From NCBI GenBank assembly GCA_008632985.1, contig QPGO01000054.1, forward strand, positions 62,001 to 126,000: a DNA stretch of 64,000 bases, in the 5' to 3' direction. The translations under genes and the position numbers were made by a program. This DNA is from Psammoneis japonica (lineage: Eukaryota). Positions 48,472 through 61,704 of the stretch are shown here, piece after piece; position 1 is the first letter of the stretch; every line of letters starts with the position of its first letter. The notes under the pieces are model-generated. The model made no database searches and had not been told where the DNA came from. It saw only the letters and a list, made by a program, of their open reading frames with translations.

Positions 48472-50827
48472 TTACTGGACGACTGGCGGGTCTGAATTCC
48501 TCCTTACTTGGACGGAAGAAGCAGCGATGAAACCAGATACACCAGGTACAGCGCTACAGCCGCGTATCCATACCCTTTTGGGATTGTTCCTTTGTTGAGG
48601 ACAACGCCTGTGCCGAGAATCATTATACCATTTAGCATAATGAACACCATTCCCGTAATGACCGAAGCAGACATTTTGACAGTCGCTCCGCTTCGCCTGT
48701 CTGCGCACTCAATGCGGAAAACCCAAGGCCAAGTCCAATAAGGATATTGAAGACCGGTCCAGCAAAGCAGGCAGTCATGGCCATATTTGCCAATCCCTTT
48801 CGAGCCATCGTCATGTTAGCACTCAAGTCTCCCATGGAGTTGCCCCAGGCTAACACTGTCATGCCCATTACCGAACCAGGAATCCTAAATATAATTCCCA
48901 GAAAGTCCAACAGTGTCACTAGATGATCGGCGATGGTGTCAATCCATGTTGCAGCAAAAATAAACCCATAAAAGGCAATAGGCGCTGAAACTAGAAGAGC
49001 CATCGTGCCATCTCCTGCAGGGGCGTAGCGAAGAATCAAGGCACCCACAAGGGTAGAAGGAATAAGCATGATCGCGACAAACGAGAGTCCATGCATCCAA
49101 AACAGATTAATTTCGTGTTCGGTCCACAAGTAAAAACCAAACCAGACTGGTGAAACCAAGACGGAGAGAGCTACCAAGGTACGGCAGTAGTAACCCTCGC
49201 ACGGAATTGGAACCGTAAGCTACACACGAGCAAGAAATAAGTTGAGAACCCCCATGACACTAACAAGTCCCACGTCCTCGACGCAAAGCACCCTCTTACC
49301 TTTCTCATGCATGTAAAGGGAAGCTCACATACGAGCAAGAACTTGTCCAGCGCGTTGTTGTCCTCGTTGTGAACAATATCATCCCAAACTTCTGTGAAAT
49401 GCAGACGCAGCTCATGCTTTCCATCATGCATGGCACCAACCCAATTATACGCACTATGCTCACTTGAATCGGGAGCGATACACAGTTCATCCATGTGGTT
49501 CTCCATCATGGTATACGGCGAGGTGGGGTCAAGCTCGATGTTCTCGTCGCTTTCAATTCTGTTGGGCGTGTGGTGGTGCCTATTCAAAATACCATTGGCA
49601 CCGTGCAGAATGACGGGACGCTCATGCATGATATCGTCGCTTTCCACACCCCCCATCCGAAGCAGCAGTTGAATCAGCACCCGGACGGTTCGGATCCCGT
49701 CCGTCATCGTAGTTGCTGAGTGCCTCCAAGACAGACGTGATGGCACGGTTGACAGGATTGGGACGATCGCCGTCAAATTCCTCCTCCGGAGGCTGATCTC
49801 CTCCCTGTTCCATGCCATCAGCGCTACCCTGCGCATTTGCAAGATCGTCGAGCGCTGCTCCAGCCTGTTCTGTGGCATGCTGCTGTTCTTGAAGCTGCCG
49901 CTGCCGCTCTTGATGATCCAACTGCCGCTGCATTCTTGGTAGAACGACCGCGCGGTGGTAAATATCCGCTATTAGCACAATGACGACGAATACAAGGTAG
50001 AGGGCGACAAATAGAGTAACAGATGTTGGTCCAATCTTGCCGTGCGCCAAGACACTCGACACCACAATCGCCGTGATTAGCAAAGCACAAACATCTCGCA
50101 CCAAGGCACCACGACACCGCACGCCTTCTGCCACTACAATCACCATTCCCGCTACGACACAGCCCACAAACATGGAAGCACCCGTCAGAGCACCCAACGA
50201 TATGTGGTATCCGTTGTTGGGATCGCTGGTAATGGCATTGACCGTGGCAGAAACATCCGCAGCACCGTTGCCCAAAGCCAGCAGTGACACACCCGCAAAT
50301 CGCGGTGGCAATCCCAGCTTTACAGAAAACATTTCCAGACTGGGCGAAAAGAAATCTTCAGCCGTGGAACCCAACATTCGAAACAGCACCACCAACCAAA
50401 TTGTCAAAAAGGGCGACAACACCCAGCACCAGTGAGCAGTACTCATGGTGGATGTTCTGCAAAACACCACGGGCGCAAACAACCCATCGCCGCCGTTGCA
50501 TGTCTTTGCAAAAGCGCAGCGTTGATCGATATTATCGTCGGATGTCATGGAATAGATTTTGTTGCAACTATAAGCAGAATAATCGTCGTAAGGTACTGTA
50601 TTGTCGTCGTCGGCAGCATCGCCGTTGTTGTTGTTCTCGTCCAACATGCGATGCCATTCCCATTCGTCTAGTTCTCGCTGCTCGGCGGAATAAATCCACG
50701 ATGCCCCAATCAACACCACGGAAAACACAAGAAAAGCCACAAGAGCAGCGTTGGTATGGAATCGATGCCTCCGCGGTGACAGCTTGCTACTAGAAGCAAC
50801 GTTGTTGCTGCGTACCGATACCGTCAT
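48472..50827 (-). CDS. Cation/Ca2+ exchanger (CCX/NCLX-like); intron about 49219-49299 and frameshifts
   Basis: Alpha-1 repeat AGVSLLALGNGAADV and alpha-2 repeat GMTVLAWGNSMGDLSAN...ACFAGPVFNILIGLG. Confidence 0.9.
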
Positions 50828-51404
50828 AATGTTGCGAGTGCTTGCGTTTCGGGAACGGATTCAGCTGCTTCCCTTTTTCGCTCGTTTCGTTCGAGAAAAA
50901 GAAAAGCCTATCTAATAATGAAAGGAAGGCTTCGCTATGACAATTAAGAGTCGTGGAGAAGAAGAGCGAGGGTATGGCAAGGTCAAAGGCGGAATGGCGG
51001 CGTGTGCTGCGGTGCAATGCAGGAAGCGTCGAACCGTTGGGAAGCGCGCGTTTTCGCGCTTCTTGAAGGCACTTACGCCTAAATCGAATAGACTTTTTCA
51101 CGTTAGAAAGTTGAACGCGAATGACTCTGGACGAAATTTCTACTGATGGTCACTACGTAGAAATGACATAAATCCGACTCTCCGAAATAGGCCCTTCATG
51201 CTTGTGCTTTGATGAGGCCATAGTAAACGCATAAAGGCATAAATCTCCGCAAATAAACAAAGCCATTTTTACTCTCACATAATGACCTCAAACCCGCCTC
51301 GACCGCGAAAAATGTGGCGGTCTTCGCGATAGTCACACAACTTGGAGCAACTCGGAACGAAAACGCACAGCTAGGCCACCAACCTTTGTAATTAGCACAT
51401 CACC

Positions 51405-51854
51405 ATGAGACAGAGCAGAAGATTTTCGATGCCCGTAGCGTCGTCGTTCGAATCCGATGCGGAGAGAAAAGGATCGTTTTCTCAAAAAGACGAAGCGGCA
51501 CCGCAAGAATTGTCATCGTCCCCCATGGGGAAACGGCGCAACTCCTCACCCAACCTGGCACATGATTTAGCACTCGCAAGTCTCAAGGAGCAACAAGAGT
51601 CTGCCCTTCGTGAGCAGCAGAAACGGTTGAGCAGTCTCAATCTTGGGGATACGGGAAAAGACAGTGATTCAGACAGCGAGGCCGATGAGGACGAATTGTT
51701 TACCATGTTCCGATGGTCAACAACGCCATCAAAGAAAACTACCGAAACTAGTGGGTCTACTCCGAAAAGCGAAAAGCTTCTGTCAAGTGCATCGATAAAT
51801 GAAAGTGTCATGAAGCGTAGAGAATCGGTAGAATATTGTCGAGCCATTCTGTGA
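51405..51854 (+). CDS. Hypothetical small Ser-rich protein
   Basis: 149-aa ORF with caccATG context and RRxS motifs; ends CRAIL. Confidence 0.55.
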   Translation: MRQSRRFSMPVASSFESDAERKGSFSQKDEAAPQELSSSPMGKRRNSSPNLAHDLALASLKEQQESALREQQKRLSSLNLGDTGKDSDSDSEADEDELFTMFRWSTTPSKKTTETSGSTPKSEKLLSSASINESVMKRRESVEYCRAIL

Positions 51855-52099
51855 ACATTTCATCAGACGCTCAGCAAGCAAGGATCTAGACCCTGGCTAG
51901 ACCTGTCAGTTTCGGTCGAGAAGTCCCAGATGCATATACATAATGCTCTCTATTAGAATTTGAACAGCAATTGAATCATTCTCTCCTACAGCAGTCGTTT
52001 GCAGTTGATGTGAGTGTTGAAGTGTTGACCTCCGTCCCGCATACCGTACCCGCATACCATGTTGAACGGACGCACGCGCAACGCACAACGAACCCACGC

Positions 52100-52127
52100 G
52101 ACGCACGACGCACGACGCACGACGCAC
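52100..52127. repeat. (GACGCAC)4 CpG-rich microrepeat upstream of DECR2
   Basis: Four exact heptamers about 110 bp before the ATG at 52238. Confidence 0.85.
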
Positions 52128-52237
52128 GACGATGACGCGACTAACTGGACGAGATTTATTGCGAGCGACTCTCCACACTCCACCACAACGACGTTACGAG
52201 ACGGGTATGCCCTTACATACCAATTGTTGCAAAGACC

Positions 52238-53125
52238 ATGGCTACTAGTTCTCCTTTCAAAAGTGACTGTCTTGATGGGAAGGTAGCCCTCGTGACAGGA
52301 GGTGGATCAGGAATTTGCTTTGAGATTACAAAGCAGCTTCTCATGCATGGTTGCGCCGGAGCAGTGATTTGTGGTCGTCGCGAGAATTTCTTAGAAAAGG
52401 CATCGGCATCACTTGAGCAAATTTCAGGAAAGAAATGTCTGTTTTATAGATTGGATGTACGTGATGCGGATGCTTGTGCGTCTGCCGTCGACTTTGCGGT
52501 GCGATCTTTCGGACGGCTTGATATTCTTGTGAATGGAGCGGCCGGAAATTTCCTAGCAGAAGCCAAGTCTTTGACACCAAAAGGATTTCGAACTGTAATG
52601 GAAATCGATACCTTGGGAACATATCACATGTCCCACGCATCTCATGGTGCTCTTTCAAAAGCTAATGGGGTGATTATCAACATCACAGCCACACTGCAGT
52701 ACGGAGCTACGTGGTACCAGTGCCATGCATCAGCAGCCAAGTCGGCTGTCGACTCGCTCACGCGTAGCTGGGGTCTCGAATGGGGTTCAGACAACATTCG
52801 TGTCGTCGGTATTGCACCAGGACCTATTGCAGACACACCGGGAACAACAAAGCTTGCTCCTGGTGTTGAGGCTTCCGATGTTGCGGAGATGGTGAAAGAG
52901 GGTATTCCACTCGGTCGAATGGGAAAAGCATGGGATATCGGTATGGCTTCTGTGTTTCTTTGTAGTGAAGCTGGGAGCTTCATCACAGGTGAGGTTCTGG
53001 TTGTTGATGGCGGTCAATGGTTGTATAATCCACCAATGGTACCCAGGGAAATGGTTGCCGAGCTGTCGCGACGAGTTGAAGCAAAGAGTCGAGCGCAAGC
53101 ACCCAAATTAGCCTCCAAGCTGTAG
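52238..53125 (+). CDS. DECR2: Peroxisomal 2,4-dienoyl-CoA reductase (SDR)
   Basis: TGGGSGI, LDILVNGAAGNF, HASAAKSAVD, IAPGPI, VVDGGQW; C-terminal PTS1 SKL. Confidence 0.93.
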   Translation: MATSSPFKSDCLDGKVALVTGGGSGICFEITKQLLMHGCAGAVICGRRENFLEKASASLEQISGKKCLFYRLDVRDADACASAVDFAVRSFGRLDILVNGAAGNFLAEAKSLTPKGFRTVMEIDTLGTYHMSHASHGALSKANGVIINITATLQYGATWYQCHASAAKSAVDSLTRSWGLEWGSDNIRVVGIAPGPIADTPGTTKLAPGVEASDVAEMVKEGIPLGRMGKAWDIGMASVFLCSEAGSFITGEVLVVDGGQWLYNPPMVPREMVAELSRRVEAKSRAQAPKLASKL

Positions 53126-53780
53126 TCTAGCATTGAAACTAATTGATCGCGTTCCTCGGTCCTCGATCTACACGTATTCTTGGAAGAAATCGGTGGGTAC
53201 TTGTAGGATTCAGTGGGGAACACGATCTTGTCAAACTAGCGTACAGACAGTGAGGTCAGGCACTAACCATTCGACGAAAGAGGCTCAAACCAAATAAGGC
53301 TGCGACGCCTCTTCCGGTTTGAAATTGCCAAATGATCTCAGCTTTGATCGTTTTGTTGACTGGGATCAAATTCAATATTAGACTCTACTAGGATGAAGGA
53401 TGCTGATCATTTCGGCTCGGATCGCCGGATGGACGCGCGAAACAAGTCGTGTCGCTCGGTCGTCGTCGCGTCGTGGCTCACGACTCATGACTCGTGACTC
53501 CTATCCAACGCATGCACACATCATTACTGTACACGGTATCATGCACACAACAGTGACACCAGTTCTCAGCTCGACAATAGCAAGAAAGTAAACTGAATCT
53601 TGGAGAAGACATAAGACAGCGATAGCTAAACCAAACAAAAAGTAGATCGCTTCAGGAGACGAATTATAATAGGCTCGAAAGCAGTCGACAAAAAGCACGA
53701 GATTCACAGTAGGAAATCTTGCTTTTGACGCGTGAGGAGAGGTATTGCGTACAGTTATTGTCAGAAGAAGAAATAGACTA

Positions 53781-55889
53781 ATGGTGAAATTCGGACGCCA
53801 TCAACAGGTTTTCGTCGAGAACGAGCTTCATGACAATGCTCTGTATACGGTTCCTTACAATGATGTCAAGTGGAAATGCATCCCAACGGAGGAACACCCG
53901 GATGCCAATGCGGATTTGTTCGAGGCGGAATGGCGAAAGTGTTTAGAGGAGTGTAGTCAAGATTTTGCCGTTCAATCTAAAAAGTTTTGGAAAATTGTCT
54001 TTGGCGGTATCAGCACTGTATCAGAAGCGCGAGGGGCTCTTCCCGACACCGCGTTGAGTCTCTTTCTCAATCTTGCGGAAGAGACCCAGATTCACGAGCT
54101 GCACACCATGCTCAAGGATGTTCATTCAACCGCGTTGCTCAACTCGGAGGCTTTGAGAAAGCTTGTCAAGAAATACGACAAAACTTGCGGAGGGGGCGAT
54201 TGCTCCAGCTTCTTATCGTTTCACCTGTTGCCAGAAGTCTATGCTGCCAACTTCACCATGGGACAAGAAACAATTGAAGCCGGCTTATCGGTGTTTCGAG
54301 CACGTTTAGGGCTAGATGATGAGGAGGATGAAGATGACACTGAGCAGCAATATGAAAAAACAATGACAAGGCTGCGGTCACTCACCGTTGGCGACGAGGA
54401 GGACCTTTCAGCATATTACAAGAAGAAGCCGCACAAAGACGACGCACTTGTTGACAAAAGAAGTTCCGAATTGAAGTGGCTAAATAAGTTTACCAGCTCA
54501 ATGGATCCATCTCTTATCGGGAAACTTGTTGGCCATCGTGGGTTTCACAATGTGCGGGATAGATCAGACGTTCGTCCAATAGAAAACAGGTACGTGTCCA
54601 CAAGCTGTTCCGAAAAGCAGTTTCTACTTTTCTCATTTTACGTCGTTGTCGGTGTTTAAACTTTTGCTTCTGTTTCCAATAGCTTGAACGCTTACGAAGC
54701 TGCCTGGACGAATGGTGTGCATCTATGCGAGTGTGATATTGCTCTGACAAAGGATGAAAAGCTAATATTGGCGCACGACGAAGACTTTTCGAGGCTTGCT
54801 CTAGACAAGACAAACCCATTGACAACGAAAAAAGTGCGGGAACTAACCTTCAAGGAGATTTTGGCACTTAGATTAAAGTCAGGTGTACGGCCTCCGTTGT
54901 TGTATGATGTGCTGAGATCGGCCCATGCCATTGGTGGTGGGGCCAAAATGATTGTGGAGATCAAGCCGGGCAACGTCGATTGTGGTACGGCGCTTGCAAA
55001 ACTCTTTGCCCGCCACCCTTATCTCATGGAGCGTTGTGCTGTTGTCATGTCCTTTGATGCTTTTGCTATGCACAAGTTCAAAAAAGAGTTGACCCATGTA
55101 TTGGAGCAGCAGCAACAACAAGACGCTATGCTCCAAACGCCAGAAAAGCCCACCCACCGACATCAACGTTCTCTATCTAATGCATCCATTACTATTCCTA
55201 CCACCATGAGCATCGGGGCTAACTTGGGAGGAGAGGGTGCTTTAGCGGGTCACCATCGCGTGGATTCGACAGACATGTTTGGGCTTGGCATGTCTTTGAC
55301 AAGAGTTGATTCGTTCAAGTTTCAACTCTTTCAATCCGGCGATCGCAAAAACAGCATCCCCAAAGAGCGAGGAACCGTGACAGAGGGTGGTGGCGCGCCA
55401 AAACGAGGAAGTATCACTGACAATGCGCTTGCCCCTATCCCATCCCACAAACCCAAAGTTCATCCGCTCGCGTCACCGTCCACCACATTTTCTGCCGATG
55501 GCATGTACAGGCCGAAACTGCTACTAATTACTGTATGCGAGCCACCAAAACAAGAATGTGAATTGTTCACGGATGTTTCCGATTTTTCGAGGGTTGATAG
55601 TTGGCTGCAGGCAGGGGATACGGGATCGTTGGATGGCCTTTATCTTCAATACCAACCCAGCATGCTGGAGCCACATGGTATCGAGGCCATGAAGTTGTTG
55701 ACTGCGAGATACGATGTTGGCGTTTGGGGAGCCAATCCAAAGCCAGACAATTTCGAAACATTCAATGCTCTCGTGACAGAATGTGGAGTTTCCTATGTCA
55801 ATTCCAGTCTTCCCCGAAGATTTATGAAACACAGCAGCACTGACAGCCTTGGAAGTAGTCACAGTCGTCGTTCGAGTAACAACAACTAG
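53781..55889 (+). CDS. SPX domain plus glycerophosphodiester phosphodiesterase (GDPD); intron about 54590-54682
   Basis: SPX MVKFG...Y and LNSEALRKLVKKYDK; GDPD VGHRG...PIEN...ECDIALTKD...LAHD...VEIK. Confidence 0.88.
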
Positions 55890-56318
55890 CTAGTGATGGT
55901 CATGGTTTCCTTTCTCTAACTTTCTTGATTGAAGCAAGTCAAGCTCTGACACACAATATATCATAATAGGCGACCCCGCCCGAGGAGGTGTGTGCGTACT
56001 GTACCACCAAAAGCAAAATGAAAAGGCTTTTTGAAATTTTGAAACAACGTCACTGTATTGCCCTACGAAAAGGTCATGGACATTGGACATACTGTATAAT
56101 ATTAGACGAGCGGGTCATTGGTGGGATTAGCACCTGCCTGTAGAAATCTACGGCGGCATGTATGGAAGCATGGAATACTGTAGGGCCCTATCACGATCAG
56201 ATCGTCACTCGGCCGCCGCCGATGGCGTTGACACAACACTCAACACGACTTGGACTTCAGTGTTCAGACTTATTCATGGGAGGTGCATTTCTGTTGCAGC
56301 AACAGCAAAAGCAAAGCC

Positions 56319-57035
56319 ATGACCCACATTCTCGGTTCCAAGGAGCTCAGTCAATGCATAAATACAGAGGAATGGATGCGAGTCATTCAGATATGCCAGG
56401 CTCACCCGAACGCAGCGAGGATTTGGTCTCAACGAGAAGGTTTCTTTGAGGGTATAAAGACTGCCGACGTGTTGCCGCTCCATGAAGCACTTGCTTGTGC
56501 AAACGGCGCTCCCATGCAAGTAATTGAAGCTCTAATCACCGCATATCCCGGTGCTGTCTCTGTTCAGGAGACTGCCTATTCTCGGCTACCACTTCACATT
56601 GCATGCCGAAAGAACGCAGACGTAAACGTCATTCGGTTGCTAATGGATAGATACCCTCGCGCTTCTGTTGAAGCTGACAAATTGGGACGATTACCTATTC
56701 ACTATGCGATTTCAAACCATCTCCCTGATGAGGCTATCGATATTCTACTCGAGGATCCCGGTGCTGCTCGTGGTGTGGATGGAAGAGGGTGGATACCGCT
56801 CCACGTTGCCTGCAGTGTCGGCACTTCGACTCACGTCGTGACGCGCTTGCTCGAGGCCTATCCCGAGTCCATCTTGGAGAGAACTCGAAAAGGTACGACT
56901 GTCATCAAGTGTGCAAGTAGTTCTCGTGCGCAAAACAGTGCAGAAATTGTGGCCATTCTAGAAAAGGCTCAGCAAGAGTTCGAGGCGAACTGGAGAGTTG
57001 CAGAGACCATGACATCCGAGCGAATTATCGTCTGA
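56319..57035 (+). CDS. Ankyrin-like repeat protein
   Basis: Repeated LPLHxAC...V...L.AYP motifs. Confidence 0.85.
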   Translation: MTHILGSKELSQCINTEEWMRVIQICQAHPNAARIWSQREGFFEGIKTADVLPLHEALACANGAPMQVIEALITAYPGAVSVQETAYSRLPLHIACRKNADVNVIRLLMDRYPRASVEADKLGRLPIHYAISNHLPDEAIDILLEDPGAARGVDGRGWIPLHVACSVGTSTHVVTRLLEAYPESILERTRKGTTVIKCASSSRAQNSAEIVAILEKAQQEFEANWRVAETMTSERIIV

Positions 57036-57160
57036 CCGTACTTTGCAATGTTCACGAGGATTAGCTACATACCGGTACCAGGCCGGACGCGGCTTTTAGA
57101 AATTGTCTAGTTAAAAAGCAAACTGATATATCGTACCGCACAGACGCAACACACCCAATG

Positions 57161-57905
57161 TTACATTTTAACGATCTCTCCAACACGCCCCTTCTTGCTC
57201 TCGGACGGGCATTTGATCAGCCTATGAGCTCTTTCAGTTTCGCGCTTGGTGCGTTCAAGAAAGTCAATCACCTCGTGTGCAGGGTCGTCTTTGTAGAATT
57301 TCTTGGCAAAGCACAATGGGGTTTTGCCGTCGTTTGAACAGTTGTGTACCGCTTGTGGATTCACCTTGACAAGCCAACGAATCATGACCAAGGGGGCTCC
57401 TACACCACAAGCCACATGCAATGGAGTCCACCCACGATAATCCGAAACTTGTGTAGCTTGAGGGGCGAGCTTTATGAATTTAGAAATGAGTTCCAGTGAT
57501 TGACCGTTTGCAATCGCATAAAAGAGTGGCGTGCGGCCTAGATTGTCTTGTTTACCCAAAGCCTGTGGATAATGTTCACAAGAGCCATGATGATATCCAA
57601 ATCGGCTTGATTGTGCAATGCCGTGTGGAGAGCAAGGCGGTCATACGCGGTCTCCTTGATTTCTGTTCCCTGCCTGTAGGCACTGAGCAAAATCATTACT
57701 ATACGAACCGGAGCATGGGCTGCACATGCATAGTGCAATGGTAAAGCTTTGGACCTTTTGTTTTCTTCGTCCAGAAATTGGCAGTAGGATAGTTTCCAGC
57801 TTCGCGAGGATGCGTCTTGCAACGTGCTTCGATCGCTGCCCAATCCTTTCGAAGTATGAGTTGGTGCAAGCTAGGCTGCCCAAGTAGAGCAAGGAGGTCA
57901 AGCAT
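57161..57905 (-). CDS. Ankyrin-like repeat protein, paralog of 56319-57035; two frameshifts
   Basis: LPLHYACA, KETAYDRLALH (cf. QETAYSRLPLH), GRTPLFYAI, RGWTPLHVACGVG, split over three frames. Confidence 0.8.
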
Positions 57906-58819
57906 GCTGTTCCCTTTTTGCGGTGATGAAAAAGGTAATGGACGTCAACAATGGCAGCGTAAAATGAGTTCTATCGTGATGTTCACTCGTCGATTGGTCC
58001 TTCTTTTCGTTCCCGCCTTTTTTTGGTTTGCGTCGGTAGGTTTAGTTTTGTTCATGTAGAAATCCACGCGTGAGTCGTCGTACTTGGTCGTGGTTGATGA
58101 TTCCCATGGCGACCACCAACAGTTTGCGTGCATACAGTACTATCGACCCGTTTTACCGCACAGAATAATGGGGCAATCCTCTAGTAGTCAGCCTGCAAAG
58201 AATGATACGTAAGCTTTCCGAAGAGAAACCAAAGATTTCGTAACCCGTGCAACTACTTCTAGTTAGGGCGAACTTTCAGAGTATCAGCTACTGTAGGTAT
58301 CGTAACTACTTCTACTCCGAGTACCAAGCAACAAAGATAAATCAAATCGATTATTCATGTTTCGGATGCTGTTGTTGTCTTCTCTTTTTCTAGCTCTATG
58401 CAAAAAACTATCTAGGGCTAACGAAAAAATAGAGTCTATGGACGGATAGATGGAGAGCTGTTCGTTTTCGGAGGGGGGCGGCGGCGGGAGCTGGGCGGGA
58501 GGAAGGATGCAAACCCGGAAAATGGTGAGAATCATCACATATGTATAAAATAAATAACATGTTTTCCTGCATTCTGATTGGCTTGTTCCGTCTATGACGA
58601 TGGCTAAATAACTGTTCCACGTAGCCTTGTGTAGGAACACTACGGGAGCTCCGAACACGCACGCACCTCCTTCTTTTTCATTTTTTTATCGCGTCGTAGT
58701 CGTCTTGCGAAATTGCTCTGCGGCATACAGTTCATACTTAATGTTCCGGCTGCTGTCCCGTTTCACAGGAGTAGGCTTCTCAACAACACTATTATATATG
58801 CAAAGACGAGAGCAGCACC

Positions 58820-61136
58820 ATGCCTTCGCCTCCTTCACGCTCCTCGGCAAATCCTCAAGGCGATACGCGGTCTTCATCTTCTTCTTCAAGCGGAGCTGAG
58901 TTTGGGAAGAAGAAAAATACCGATCTGCCACCTCTGTTTTACTACATGGAAATGGGGTTCTGGGACAAAGCGTTCGACAGAGCTCGTCGTCATCCTCGAG
59001 ATGTAAAGACGTGGGCGACAATACGCACAAAGACAATGGCATCGGAGGGGGGACAAACGACAGTGTCTGGTACAAAGCGACTGGCGTTGCACCACGCGTG
59101 CTTTAAACTGCGATCGAGTGCGAGCATGGCTGCTCTGGACGTTTCAGAAGACCCCTTTTTAGATGTGTGTCGCTTTGTCTTGTTCCTGATCAAAATGTAT
59201 CCAGAAGCAACGGGTATGAGAGAGTCGCGCCATGGCTGTCTTCCGCTGCACTTGGCTTCGTTTGCTTCGTGCTCTCCACGATCGTCGGCTTCTGGGGACG
59301 AGCCACAAAGCATTGGGTCGCTCATGTCTTCGCCTTCTCGAACCGTAGTAATGGCATCGTCAACTCCTCCTCGACGATCAGCTTCCGGTGTCGCGCGCCC
59401 AAAATCTGTAACGACCCGATCCACTTCAGTCTCTTCCACAGACACGGGCAACACGTCTCATACCGGCATGACAGCGGCGTATGCCGAAGAGCACTGGACG
59501 GGCAATCAAACCATGGAGCAAATGCAAGACACGAGTTTTAGCAACTCTCCTCATATGATGGGCTCAAAAAAATCGCTAAACAAACCATCCACTCCATCTC
59601 GTGCAATCTCGTGTCCTTCTCCACGAGGTGAAGTGTACGCGTCTTCACCGGCGTCTTCCACAGATCTACGGATTATTTGATATCTGCCAAGCGCGAGGAA
59701 ATGGCTGTCCATGTGGTGAACGCATTGCTGGATGCATACCCCAAGGGAATTCGCGTGATTCTGAAGGAGGTCGACTTCCTCTACATACTGCATGTGCCGG
59801 ACGAGCAAGCCCCAAGGTGATTGCTACATTGTTGCAGGCGTACCCGCTGCAGCACGGCACCGCAACAAGGATGGCTTTTTGCCGCTCCACCTGGCTGCAC
59901 ACTGGGGAGTGTCTCATCCGAGCGTTGCTGTCAACCTCTTGAAAGCCTACCCAGATGCAACTGTGGGGCGCAACCGTTGGGAACGAACGCCTCTCGAAGA
60001 AGCATTGGCCATGGCGGGAGAGAATGGAAGACCGCATCAAGCGTCTCTTGTCAGGGCGTTGAGAAAGCATCCTGACTATTGGACCTTGCCGTCGCCAGAG
60101 TTACTGAGAGAACCGTCCAGATCTAGAACCTTGGTGGATGTCGACGAAGCTATTGATGATGATTCGTCCAGCGACGAAGGAAACCCATATATGGAAGAGT
60201 AAGTGTTTATGTTTTCGCGTTTACACTCTCGAGTTGACTACGACACCCTTCTTACCCGTGTACACGACATGTATTTGATTGCATAGTCCATTTGGTCCCA
60301 TGGGGCGGACAACACCACGGAGCAAGGGACGGAAACATTTCTCAATGTCGCCGCGTAGCAGAGCTTCACCACGAGCAGTTCCGGATTTAGACTTGAAGGC
60401 ACTCATCAAGAGCCAAAAGTGGCGAGCTGCGCTTCAGCGACTGGAAACTCATCCCTTCGAGGCTTGTCGAGAAATCAAGGCCATGACTCGCGGTGGGTTT
60501 GCATCCATATCTGGGTTTTCGCCATTGCACTATGCTTGTGAACGAAGTCCTCCTCATCAGGTTGTGGAAGCCTTGATCCGGGCAACCCCGAGGCGGTGAC
60601 TGTACGGCTCAATCCGGGCGGCTATCTTCCGCTACACATTGCATGCACTTGGGCATCGTCACCACACGTGGTGTCTTTGCTCCTCTCTGCAGCTCCTGCA
60701 GCGTGCAGAGTGGTGGATGAGCTTGGGAATGTACCATTGCACTGTGCGGTTTATTCTGGAGCAGTCGTCAACATTGTGGACATGCTTGTTCGGGCCAATC
60801 CCAAAACAGTCTTGGCGCGTAACAAACAAGGGAGTCTACCCGAAGAAATATGCAGAAGACTTCGACATGAAAACCGCAAGCCTGTGTTGGGTCTCTTGGT
60901 CTCACGCAGAGAGGCTATTCTGAGTCACCGCCGGAGTTCAAGTTCTGGTGAGGCAAATCGACTAGCCATGGCTGCCATGGAAATGAATATGAGAGAAGGA
61001 CGCCCACTACGAGGAGACCAGGGCCCAACTCGATGCACTCTCGGTCACCTCAAGGCAGCTCTATTGAGGAAATGACAAAGCTAGGTGTGGAAGTGTCAAT
61101 GGATGCAACGGCAATGACAATTTGCAGTGGATATGA
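58820..61136 (+). CDS. Large ankyrin-like repeat protein; intron near 60199 and several frameshifts
   Basis: GCLPLHLA, GRLPLHTAC, GFLPLHLAAHWG, FSPLHYAC, GYLPLHIAC, GNVPLHCA. The 3' end is approximate. Confidence 0.78.
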
Positions 61137-61374
61137 CGGACGAGAGAACTGGGACTACAGGTGGACGCAATAAGATGCGTCCCCAACATACCTACTGTAT
61201 GGGTAGTAGGCTTGTAACTTGATAGAAGTAACGACGGTTGGAAGGGGCTTTCCTCTAGCTAGTTCGCAGGCCAGGGTAGCAACAGACAAAATAATTGTAT
61301 TGCCGTTCAGTATCGAACTGTATTTCGGGTGTGTTAAGTATGTGTTCAAATTTGCTTGTCAATTCTCCCTCAGC

Positions 61375-61704
61375 CTAGATACGCGAAGGATAAAGCATAA
61401 CACGAACCTTGCCCCCAATGGCTTGCGGAGGCAAATCTCGGCGGAACCTGCACCTGACAACACCATTGGATCCATGAGAACGGCAGACCTTTCCCCAGTT
61501 CACACGGTATTTGGATCCATTCTTTCCTGTTCCCTTGGTAATATAGGCAATCTTCTTTCCAAGGTAAAACTCGGTTTCCTCCTTTGAATCAACGCCCTTG
61601 ATCTTGATGAGAGAAACGCTGTTGTTTTGATTACGGAGACCACGCTGGTAGCCAAGAATGGCGCCGTTCACGTAGAGACGGGGTTCTCTCTTTGATTCAG
61701 ACAT
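61375..61704 (-). CDS. RPL35A: 60S ribosomal protein L35a (eL33)
   Basis: RLYVNGAILGYQRGLRNQ...FYLGKKIAYI...WGKVCRSHGSNGVVR...RVMLYPSRI. Confidence 0.97.
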   Translation of the reverse strand: MSESKREPRLYVNGAILGYQRGLRNQNNSVSLIKIKGVDSKEETEFYLGKKIAYITKGTGKNGSKYRVNWGKVCRSHGSNGVVRCRFRRDLPPQAIGGKVRVMLYPSRI

